DNA of 64,000 nt. Origin: an uncultured Bacilli bacterium (GTDB taxonomy: Bacteria; Bacillota_I; Bacilli_A; RF39; UBA660). Shown in pieces: positions 48,349 to 56,645 of the stretch. The stretch lies in contig CANQIE010000002.1 in assembly GCA_947623935.1 (NCBI GenBank), positions 2,481 through 66,480 on the forward strand, written 5' to 3'. The notes under the pieces were generated by a model, which was not told where the DNA came from, ran no database searches, and saw nothing but the letters and a program-made list of their open reading frames with translations. Every line of letters starts with the position of its first letter. Positions within the stretch are counted from its first letter, which is position 1. Both the position numbers and the translations under genes were made by a program.

Positions 48349-51054
48349 TTAAAATTTAAGGTAGAAAAAGAAGGAAATAAGAAAGCCTACTATAGGAAGT
48401 AAATAAACACCAATTAATAGCAGTAAATAAATACCAATATAAAGGTAATAAGCCATGTTTTGTAAAAACTTAATTGATAGTATTTTTTCATAAAGAGGAC
48501 TAAGTAGTAGCACTAGTGTAATCACTAAAGTAACAAGACTAATAATTCTTCCTGTTTTATAAGCTGGAGACGTATAAGTGAACGTAATTTCATTAGTGCC
48601 ACTGGTAACCTTTACTCCTAAGAAGTTATCAAATAAATCTACAACTTCGCCATTTTCACCATTAACTTCTACTTCATACCCTTCATTATAAGCAATCGGT
48701 AAGAATAAGATTTGATCTTTATCACTTAACAATTTTACTTTGATTTTGTTCTTTTCAAAAGAAAGGTTTAAGCCTACTTTTTCATTTTGAATAAAGTCTT
48801 CATATTTTTCAAGATCCAACATTCCTACTTCAACAACATCCAAATAGGTGGATTTATTGAATTCAATGCGAATCTTTACATCTTCATCTTCAAAGATACC
48901 TAAATCCAATAGGCCATTATCAATTTCTTCTGGATAATATCCTCTATAAAGTTTTCCATTTAGATAGATGTTCATACTCTCTAGAATTTCTTTGTTTTTG
49001 GAATTATCAATAGATAACAACAATTCTAAATAAAGGTTTTTTCTACCCTCAACGGAAACGATTTTCTCTAGATAAGCAATTCGCTCATCTTTTCGAATTT
49101 GATATCGGTAAAAAGTATCTTCCTCTTCTTCTCTATATTTAAGCAAATTCTTTCTTTGCCATAGACCTTCATCCACCGTAAAGATATCTTCTTCACTTCC
49201 GGTAATGGCTTTGTAGATTTTATTTTGGACTTCAAAGGCATTCGCTAAATCCATAATCTCTTCATCTTGTTTAACAAAGTAACCATATGGAATACTTTGG
49301 TTATGTTCGTATAACTGAATCGATCCAAACGTATCAACATAATGATAGTAAGGACTATTGTAATCGTCTTTACTGATAATGTATTGATTAGCAAGAAGAG
49401 CATCCGAGAAAAGACTTCCTCCAATCGAATAGGTTTTTACCCAATAGGAAGAATACCCTAATTTCTTTAAGGTCTCCATATTGCTCTTATCGGTAAGGGA
49501 TGTAAAATGATCTAAGGTATGGTATTTTGTCACCATCCCGTTATTCATGACTAATTTTGGATACAAATCTTTAACCCTTTTATAATCCCCTTCGGTATAG
49601 GAGTTTTCCATTAATTCCATATCTTCATAGACACTGGTTAAGGCATCTTGCTTGTAATCGATACCAAAATAGAGGAAAGAACAACAAACAATATTTACTA
49701 AAACCATGATCCAAATAAAGATAAAAGAGGTACCACTATAATTAAAGTGATTGAACCAAAGAATGACAAATACGCCTAAAGCAACGAGTGCCATCATGAT
49801 TAATAAAATCGTTGCAACAGAGGTATCTTTGCCAAGCGAGATACCAAATATTTTTTCTTGTAAATAGGAATAATTAAAGAACGTTAATAAAATATTGGCA
49901 AGTGAAATAAAGAATGTAATCAAACTTGACCAAAGGATTTTTTCTTTTGGAAAAGCTTCCCTCTTGGCTACTTTTGTGAAATAGTAAAGAGTTGCTAGCA
50001 TCATCAAGAACAACATGCAAAATTCAGTTCGTAAAGGGAAAAAGGCATAAGAACCTAAATGCCACATCTTATTGACGGGTTCTATAAAAATAGGAATTCC
50101 TAAAAGGATAAAAATAATACCAAAGAAGTGAAGCACTTTTTGATGTTCTTCTTTTCCTCTTGCCTTTACAAAAAGTAAAATAGTTCCTACTAAATAGAAG
50201 GAAGACGTCATGAAGAAACAAAGTTTATCGTTTAAAGGCCCAAATTTAGAATTTAATAACGTAGAAAGATTAAAACCCACTCTAGAAGAAACGGATAATT
50301 CTTTCATGGCTGGTAAGAAAATGAACGATGATAATAAAATGGAAAGAATCGTCGATAGACCAAGACTAAGAATCGCTTTCTTTCTCGTTTCTTTTTCTTT
50401 AAAACAGTATAAATAAATAAGCGAAGAGAAGAAAATGAAGAACAATAGAAGTCCTCCTAAATAAAAGGAGAAGATAAAACAAAGCGTTAAAATCACAATA
50501 TAAAGGGTTGGTTTTTCTAAGTTTAAAAGACGAATTAAGCTCATTAATAATAAAGGGAACAAATAGACAATATCGATCCAAGAAGTGATTTGATAAAGCA
50601 GTAATTGGTATCCGGAAAAAGCATATAAAATAGCAAGTAATACACTCAAATACGATGGTGCCCTCTTAAAATAAGTACGAATAAAATAAAGACTAGTCAA
50701 GCTCGACAATAACATTTTAACGGCAATTAAAATGGAAATGGCTAAGTAGATGTCACTTCGATCAAACAACAAAATAAGAAAACTTACAGGGCTCAGTAAA
50801 TAATAAGCAAAAATACCTAAAAAGTTAATTCCCCCACTCGTTGTAAAATCGATAAATAAGGAACTGTTTCCTCGAAAGGTATCATAGAAATGATAATAAA
50901 AGGCACATACTTGATCGTGCATATCGCCCCAAATAAGAGAATTGGTACCAAATGGATAAATCCCTTTTACTAAAAAGAGCACACTAAAAAGGAGTAAAAC
51001 AATTCCTCCTGTAATGACATAAGGCTTTATTTTAGACCACTTCATACACTTCAC
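48349..51054 (-). CDS. YfhO-family membrane glycosyltransferase (901 aa)
   Basis: GIYPFGTNSLIWGDMHDQVCAFYYHFYD...SLFIDFTTSGGINFLGIFAYYLLSP matches the YfhO N-terminal signature. Many TM helices plus a C-terminal domain. Confidence 0.75.
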   Translation of the reverse strand: MKCMKWSKIKPYVITGGIVLLLFSVLFLVKGIYPFGTNSLIWGDMHDQVCAFYYHFYDTFRGNSSLFIDFTTSGGINFLGIFAYYLLSPVSFLILLFDRSDIYLAISILIAVKMLLSSLTSLYFIRTYFKRAPSYLSVLLAILYAFSGYQLLLYQITSWIDIVYLFPLLLMSLIRLLNLEKPTLYIVILTLCFIFSFYLGGLLLFFIFFSSLIYLYCFKEKETRKKAILSLGLSTILSILLSSFIFLPAMKELSVSSRVGFNLSTLLNSKFGPLNDKLCFFMTSSFYLVGTILLFVKARGKEEHQKVLHFFGIIFILLGIPIFIEPVNKMWHLGSYAFFPLRTEFCMLFLMMLATLYYFTKVAKREAFPKEKILWSSLITFFISLANILLTFFNYSYLQEKIFGISLGKDTSVATILLIMMALVALGVFVILWFNHFNYSGTSFIFIWIMVLVNIVCCSFLYFGIDYKQDALTSVYEDMELMENSYTEGDYKRVKDLYPKLVMNNGMVTKYHTLDHFTSLTDKSNMETLKKLGYSSYWVKTYSIGGSLFSDALLANQYIISKDDYNSPYYHYVDTFGSIQLYEHNQSIPYGYFVKQDEEIMDLANAFEVQNKIYKAITGSEEDIFTVDEGLWQRKNLLKYREEEEDTFYRYQIRKDERIAYLEKIVSVEGRKNLYLELLLSIDNSKNKEILESMNIYLNGKLYRGYYPEEIDNGLLDLGIFEDEDVKIRIEFNKSTYLDVVEVGMLDLEKYEDFIQNEKVGLNLSFEKNKIKVKLLSDKDQILFLPIAYNEGYEVEVNGENGEVVDLFDNFLGVKVTSGTNEITFTYTSPAYKTGRIISLVTLVITLVLLLSPLYEKILSIKFLQNMAYYLYIGIYLLLLIGVYLLPIVGFLISFFFYLKF

Positions 51055-51792
51055 CTATCCTAGTTTCTTTAAATTATTTAAGAATTGTTTACTTCTTAAA
51101 TAAAGTCCCGTATATTGATCGTAATATAAGTCGATAAACTCTTCGATTTCTTTTTGTACCGTCTCACTTACTGATAAAGAAGTAAGTTTAGAAAGATCGA
51201 CATAAAAGAAAAGACGCATCAATTTAATCATTTTATCGCTATAAATTTTCTCGTTCTGATAGCAGTTTGCACAAATGTAGCCTCCGTTATCGACACTGAT
51301 GGTTTTGATGTTTTTGGTGCTGCCACAAAGATTACAAGCGTCAACATTCGGTTGTACTCCTAAAAGAGCAAGAAATTTTAATTCGACAATCGACGTTAAT
51401 AAACTAGGAGAAAGACCTTCATCCATTCTTTTTAAGGCTTCAATTAAAATAGGATAAACTAAGTCTTCATCGGTTTGCTTTAAAACTTGTTCTGCTAAAT
51501 CCATAAGATAGGTTGCATAACTGATTTTCGTGATATCACTTAAAATGTTTTTAAAAGGAGAAAGTACATCGACACAACTTAAAGTGGATAGTCCTTCTTC
51601 TTTATAATAGATATGGAAAGTGCCATACGTAAACTTGGAACTTACACTTCGAAGTTTACTTTTTAAAGAGCGACATCCTTTCGATATCACATTTATTTTT
51701 CCCTTCTCTTTCGTTAAAAGAGAAAGGATTTTAGAAGATTCACTGTAATTGGTTTCGCTAGTTACAATGCCTTCTACTTTAATCAGATTCAT
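51055..51792 (-). CDS. recO: DNA repair protein RecO
   Basis: OB-fold N-terminus and a CNLCGS...CANC zinc motif. Lies in the era-recO neighbourhood. Confidence 0.85.
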   Translation of the reverse strand: MNLIKVEGIVTSETNYSESSKILSLLTKEKGKINVISKGCRSLKSKLRSVSSKFTYGTFHIYYKEEGLSTLSCVDVLSPFKNILSDITKISYATYLMDLAEQVLKQTDEDLVYPILIEALKRMDEGLSPSLLTSIVELKFLALLGVQPNVDACNLCGSTKNIKTISVDNGGYICANCYQNEKIYSDKMIKLMRLFFYVDLSKLTSLSVSETVQKEIEEFIDLYYDQYTGLYLRSKQFLNNLKKLG

Positions 51793-51796
51793 GGAA

Positions 51797-51883
51797 TCAC
51801 TTCTTTTCTCGTAGTTTCTTAGCTAATAAATAATAATTAATATTTCCGGTTCTTTGGAATAATTCCCAAATAATTTTATCCAT
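51797..51883 (-). CDS. YqzL-like small protein (28 aa)
   Basis: MDKIIWELFQRTGNINYYLLAKKLREKK resembles Bacillus YqzL (...FSQTGNVETYLL...), which is encoded between era and recO. Below the cutoff of the ORF track. Confidence 0.4.
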   Translation of the reverse strand: MDKIIWELFQRTGNINYYLLAKKLREKK

Positions 51884-51924
51884 GATTTCACCTCTATTTT
51901 TATTTTGAGGGAAATCACTTATTT

Positions 51925-52806
51925 TTATTCTTCTTTTAAGCCAAACTCTTGTAAGTAATTTTCTTTATCACGCCAGTTTTCAATCGTTTTAACATACGTT
52001 TTTAAAAAGACTTTTTTACCTAAGTATTCTTCTAAATCAAGTCTTGCTTCTGTACCAATCTCTTTTAACATGCTGCCTTGTTTTCCAATAATAATTTTTT
52101 TTAAGTTATCACGGTCTACAATAATAACGACTCCAATTTCGATATAGTCTTCCTTATCTTCGTAAGACTCCACCATACAAGTCACGGCATGAGGAACTTC
52201 TTTATGCGTAAGACGAAGCACTTTTTCACGAACAATTTCACTGATATAGAAATAGTTGGAAATATTCGTAATGACATCGTCTTCATAGATTTTTTCATCA
52301 CTCGATAAATACTTTTGCACGACTTTAATGATTTCTTTAACATTATCTCCTTTTAAAGCCGAAATTGGAATAATATCTTCAAACGGATACAAATCTTTAT
52401 ATTCGTTAATTAAAGGAAGTAAATTTTCTTTTTTAACTCGATCCACTTTATTTAAAAGCAAAATCACTTTGGCATTACTTTCTTTTAAACGATTTAAGAT
52501 AAACTGATCTCCTTTTCCAAAGCCACTTTCAACATCGATTAAAAACAAAACGACATCGACTTCTTGCACACTTTGGTAGGCTTTTTTATTTAAAAGGGTC
52601 CCTAATTTATGCACTGGTTTATGAATACCAGGTGTATCGATAAAAACAATTTGACAATCATCATCCGTATAAATACCTTGAATACTATTTCTAGTCGTTT
52701 GAGCTTTATCGGAAGTAATCGCAATCTTGCTTTCTAAAAGAGCATTTAACAAGGTACTCTTTCCTACATTAGGACGCCCTACTAAACTAACAAATCCACT
52801 TCTCAT
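51925..52806 (-). CDS. era: GTPase Era
   Basis: GFVSLVGRPNVGKSTLLN, DTPG and NKVD motifs plus a KH domain. Confidence 0.9.
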   Translation of the reverse strand: MRSGFVSLVGRPNVGKSTLLNALLESKIAITSDKAQTTRNSIQGIYTDDDCQIVFIDTPGIHKPVHKLGTLLNKKAYQSVQEVDVVLFLIDVESGFGKGDQFILNRLKESNAKVILLLNKVDRVKKENLLPLINEYKDLYPFEDIIPISALKGDNVKEIIKVVQKYLSSDEKIYEDDVITNISNYFYISEIVREKVLRLTHKEVPHAVTCMVESYEDKEDYIEIGVVIIVDRDNLKKIIIGKQGSMLKEIGTEARLDLEEYLGKKVFLKTYVKTIENWRDKENYLQEFGLKEE

Positions 52807-53195
52807 TTTAAATCCTCACTGGCAAAGGGATAAGGGCACAATTCTTTGATGGTTAAATGCTTTTCAAGTCCTGTATTACTATATAAGATAACTTCCTTAT
52901 CTGCTTCAAAAAACTCAACGAGCACTTGTCTACAAAGAAAACAAGGGGTACTAATTTGGTCTTTATCGATCATGACATAGAGTTTTTCAAAGTCTCCTTT
53001 ACGATAACCCTCCGAGACCGCCTTAGCGATGGCTACCCGCTCTGCACAAATGGTAGCTCCGTAACTAGCGTTTTCAATGTTGACACCCGTATAACTTGTT
53101 CCATCTTTCATAACGACTATACTTGCCACTCTAAAATTAGAATATGGAGCATAACTTTTGGTTAATAAATTTTTTAATTCTTCTTTTTCTTTCAT
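52803..53195 (-). CDS. cdd: cytidine deaminase
   Basis: CAERVAI and PCFLCRQVL zinc-binding motifs. The start is at MKEKEEL, which has an AGGAGAG RBS. Confidence 0.85.
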   Translation of the reverse strand: MKEKEELKNLLTKSYAPYSNFRVASIVVMKDGTSYTGVNIENASYGATICAERVAIAKAVSEGYRKGDFEKLYVMIDKDQISTPCFLCRQVLVEFFEADKEVILYSNTGLEKHLTIKELCPYPFASEDLK

Positions 53196-53203
53196 AAACT
53201 CTC

Positions 53204-53623
53204 CTAAAACAACATCAATATTTTGGGAATAAAGATGATACAACCTCCCACAAAAGCAGTGATGGAACAAAGTAACGTTGCAGTCGAAGCCGTATCTTTG
53301 GCAATTCTTGCTAGAGGATGTATCTGAGGCATAGCAAGATCTATCGTTGCTTCAATCGCCGTATTAATCATTTCACTTGCAGCAGTCATTCCGATTACCA
53401 AAATACAAAACAACCATTCCATCGTCGATAAATTAAAATAAAAACCCGCAATAATAACTAATATAGCAGCCACCACAATAATAATCATATTGTGTTCTTC
53501 TCTTACCGCATAAACAAAGCCATCAATAGCATGAAAAAAACTCTTTTTATATCGAACCATCGGGGTTCCGGTATCTTTAATACGTATTATTTTTCTTTTT
53601 CTAAAGCGATCGAGTAATCCCAT
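53204..53623 (-). CDS. dgkA: diacylglycerol/undecaprenol kinase
   Basis: Three TM helices and the NTAIEATID..HPLA motif. The true start may be the internal MVRY (53560). Confidence 0.75.
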   Translation of the reverse strand: MGLLDRFRKRKIIRIKDTGTPMVRYKKSFFHAIDGFVYAVREEHNMIIIVVAAILVIIAGFYFNLSTMEWLFCILVIGMTAASEMINTAIEATIDLAMPQIHPLARIAKDTASTATLLCSITAFVGGCIIFIPKILMLF

Positions 53624-54053
53624 ATTTTGATAATACCTCCTCTTGTTTTTGAAACATCACTTCTTCATCCCTTTTCTCTTCGTGATTATAGCCTAGTAAA
53701 TGAAGTAAGCCATGAACGGCTAAAAAAGAAATCTCGCGTTTGAAGGAATGTCCATAACTTTCAGCTTGTTCTTTTGCCTTATCAACCGAAATATAAATAT
53801 CTCCTAGAATCCGTACTTCCATTTTAATATCCAAATTATCTTCTAAAGCAAAACTGATGACATCGGTTTCTCTATCGATACCACGATATGCCTTATTAAT
53901 CTCATGTATTTTTTTGTTATCCACTAAAATCACATTGCATTCCGCTTTTTTAACTTTTTCTAATTTTAAAGCGTATTTGAGGATTTTTTTTAAATCTTTT
54001 TCTACTTTCGAAAAATCTTCACTTGTTTCATTAAACACATATACCCGGTTCAT
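53601..54053 (-). CDS. ybeY: rRNA maturation endoribonuclease YbeY
   Basis: HGLLHLLGYNHE zinc motif. Confidence 0.85.
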   Translation of the reverse strand: MNRVYVFNETSEDFSKVEKDLKKILKYALKLEKVKKAECNVILVDNKKIHEINKAYRGIDRETDVISFALEDNLDIKMEVRILGDIYISVDKAKEQAESYGHSFKREISFLAVHGLLHLLGYNHEEKRDEEVMFQKQEEVLSKYGITRSL

Positions 54054-54679
54054 TATACCACCATCCTATAAATATAAACTATAAATACGACGACTATTAC
54101 TATCGCTACACAGTTTAAAAAGCCTTCTTTTTTCATGACTTCTGGTAACCTAGATCGAATTTTGTTTAGTACATAATAACTGAGGTATCCAAGAAGTCCT
54201 CCTAGAATATTTAAAAGAATATCGTCAATATCAAAAATACGTCCAATCATTTTTTGAGTAACCTCAATAACAATGGAGGTAAACATTGTTATAAGAAGTA
54301 ATAAATACGGTTTATCTAGTTTTAAATAATAGGACATAAAGAAACCAAAGGGAACAAAAAGAAGCAAATTCCCTACAACTTGTTTATAGAATAATCTACT
54401 TCCAAAAGAATACCTAAAGATTTCTCTAAAGGGAATAAAATTACTTCCTTCTTTAAAATTTGAAACATCTTGAAAAGTAACTACTTGGAAGAGACATAAT
54501 ATATAAATTAAAAAGAATAAAGCCAAAAGTTCACGGTAGAGAACAAATGGTTTTTTATTCTTTACTAAATATATAATTCGAAGTATTGATAGGGTTAAGG
54601 TTGTGACTAAAATCATAGGCCAAGTATAAGATACAACTCCACGGATCGTATAATTTAACTGATTAATGGATTGTACCAT
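54053..54679 (-). CDS. VanZ-family membrane protein
   Basis: FIPFREI...LLLFVPFGFF...NILGGLLGY pattern. Confidence 0.55.
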   Translation of the reverse strand: MVQSINQLNYTIRGVVSYTWPMILVTTLTLSILRIIYLVKNKKPFVLYRELLALFFLIYILCLFQVVTFQDVSNFKEGSNFIPFREIFRYSFGSRLFYKQVVGNLLLFVPFGFFMSYYLKLDKPYLLLLITMFTSIVIEVTQKMIGRIFDIDDILLNILGGLLGYLSYYVLNKIRSRLPEVMKKEGFLNCVAIVIVVVFIVYIYRMVV

Positions 54680-54690
54680 ACTTTTCGCCT

Positions 54691-55860
54691 CTATTCTTTT
54701 TTATCTTTATTCATATCAGTTGGGGTAAGTTTTTGATATGCGGTAATGTCTTCCTCCACCTTTAAAAATACTTCTACTATTATTTTACTATCTTCTTCTG
54801 TAATTTTCAAATCTTTTTGAAAGAGGATACGATCGTTTTCACCTAAACTGGATAAAAGTTTTTCACTAGCTCTCTTTTTAGCTTCTTCAATGGCCTCTTC
54901 TTTGGTGTAATGTTGATCAATTACCTCGAGTTCTTCTTCTATTACCCAATCGATGGATAAAGGAAATAAACTGTTCTTAATTAATGCTTTTTCTTCCCTC
55001 TTTTTATCTTTATACGGTTTAAAATCAAAAAGAGAGAAATGATGATTTAAAAAGGTAATTCCTAGTAATTGTTTTTTATTCCCTGTCTTTTTCTCTTCGT
55101 GATAACTTAATGGCATTGAAACGGTTACTTTATACCACGTCTCCGCCATGACTGTACCGGTAGATGCTACATATTCTTTTACTTCTTCTTTATTGTGAAT
55201 AGCTCCTGTAATTAAAAGATCTCCTTTTTTTACATATTGATTCTTTTTAGCCACTATTTCACCCTTAGAAGACTCAATCTTGGTAATTAATCCATCTTTC
55301 TTAGCCACAATATCTCTTATCTCTAAAGGTTCTTCTTCCTTATTTAGTTTACGTTCCTCAACTCTTACTATGTATTTGGTTCCCACTCGTTCAATCTCAA
55401 TCCACTCTAAAGTATCTTTATGTTTCTCTAAGATCTCTTCTCTTATTTTTTCCTTTTTCTCAAAAGAAATACAAAAATGTAATCGTTTTATACCATAATT
55501 ATCTAACTCTTCATATAATAAATCTCTTATTTCTTTTTTCGTATGAACGACTTCTACATCAAAAATAATATTGGAAAGGAACAAAAGTAAAAACAACCCC
55601 ACGATTAAAGAAATAAAAAAGAACTTTTTCTTCTTTATTTCTTCTGTAACTGCCTTTATTCCTTTTATTTTAACTAATTTAATTTCGTAAATCGTTTTGA
55701 TATCTATCAAACGTTCATAATTTTTCTCATCAACCCATACTTCTAAATAATCATTTTCTTCTTTTACTTGTAAAAACTCTAAATGCATTTTTACTAACGA
55801 TAAGAAAAAACGATGAGGATTTTTTCCTTCTATTCGCACTAAATATTTATTATTCAACAT
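54691..55860 (-). CDS. YqfD-like (stage IV sporulation protein-like) protein
   Basis: 389 aa with a single TM. Sits in the position of Bacillus yqfD, upstream of ybeY, dgkA, cdd and era. Sequence similarity is weak. Confidence 0.45.
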   Translation of the reverse strand: MLNNKYLVRIEGKNPHRFFLSLVKMHLEFLQVKEENDYLEVWVDEKNYERLIDIKTIYEIKLVKIKGIKAVTEEIKKKKFFFISLIVGLFLLLFLSNIIFDVEVVHTKKEIRDLLYEELDNYGIKRLHFCISFEKKEKIREEILEKHKDTLEWIEIERVGTKYIVRVEERKLNKEEEPLEIRDIVAKKDGLITKIESSKGEIVAKKNQYVKKGDLLITGAIHNKEEVKEYVASTGTVMAETWYKVTVSMPLSYHEEKKTGNKKQLLGITFLNHHFSLFDFKPYKDKKREEKALIKNSLFPLSIDWVIEEELEVIDQHYTKEEAIEEAKKRASEKLLSSLGENDRILFQKDLKITEEDSKIIVEVFLKVEEDITAYQKLTPTDMNKDKKE

Positions 55861-55861
55861 G

Positions 55862-56113
55862 TTATCCTCCTAACTCAATGGATTTAATTTTCCCCGAGAT
55901 TAAGATTTCTTGATCTAATAATTTTTGAATAGAAAGATTTTCTCCTTTTATAATCATGAGTCCTAAATCACATCTTAAAGAAATACGTGCCTCTTCTAAT
56001 ACTAAAACTTCTAAGTAATTAACGACATTTAATTTTTCATTTTGATAACTAAAGTGAAAGACATTATCTATACAGTAATCTCTTATTTCTCTAAACATAG
56101 TCTCACCTATCAA
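55862..56113 (-). CDS. YqfC-like small protein
   Basis: 83 aa. Lies in the position of yqfC. The LxIxGxxL pattern resembles YqfC. Confidence 0.45.
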   Translation of the reverse strand: MIGETMFREIRDYCIDNVFHFSYQNEKLNVVNYLEVLVLEEARISLRCDLGLMIIKGENLSIQKLLDQEILISGKIKSIELGG

Positions 56114-56194
56114 AGTATATGTAAAGAAGCCTTAACTTAGAAAAAGAAAAGCATAACCATTTCTCATTTTTTCATTTCTTTCACCAAAGAAAAA

Positions 56195-56236
56195 ACAGTA
56201 CAAACAACATGTACTGTTCTTTCCATAGCCTCTAAT
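56195..56236 (-). terminator. rho-independent terminator (AACAGTACA-aacaaca-TGTACTGTT, T-rich 3' tail on the minus strand)
   Basis: 9-bp perfect stem downstream of the family gene and orphan fragment. Confidence 0.5.
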
Positions 56237-56387
56237 ATTCAGGAAATATCCCTTACTAACTAGAAAACTACTGTTAATGTTTTTATTCATCAATTTTTGA
56301 TGAAAAGGAATTTATCTTCGATGATAAATCTTCAAAAAAAGTCCTTGAACTCTTTTGTCGAAGAAATGCTTCTCGCATTATATATCA

Positions 56388-56535
56388 TAGTCTAGGCGCA
56401 AGAACGAGGCGGAACGAGTTGTTGCTGTTCGCATTGCCATTGTTGTTGTTGAAGTTGAACACCCCAGCATTCGTGCCATCATTATAGTTGCCGCCGCGTT
56501 TGAACCACGGGTTCGTAGAGCAAAAGAGAATACTA
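56388..56535 (-). pseudogene. orphan 3'-terminal fragment (about 50 codons, no start) of the TasA/FGE-like family
   Basis: Translates to ...TNPWFKRGGNYNDGTNAGVFNFNNNNGNANSNNSFRLVLAPRL-stop. Its DNA is clearly similar to the 3' end of the upstream gene at 56646..56760 (CTAGGCGCAAGAACGAGGCGGAACGAG versus ATAGGCGTAAGAACGAGCCGGAACGAG; GCCGCGTTTGAACCACGGGTTCGTAGAGC versus GCCGCGTTCGAACCACGGGTACGCAGAGTC). Confidence 0.55.
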
Positions 56536-56645
56536 CGTGCGCAAAAAAGGAAAAAACGTGAGAGATTTGATATAGATAAATTCCTGACCCACCCCTGGAA
56601 AAAAAAGAGGGGGTGGGCGCGGTTAAAAGTGAACGAGTAAGTCGC

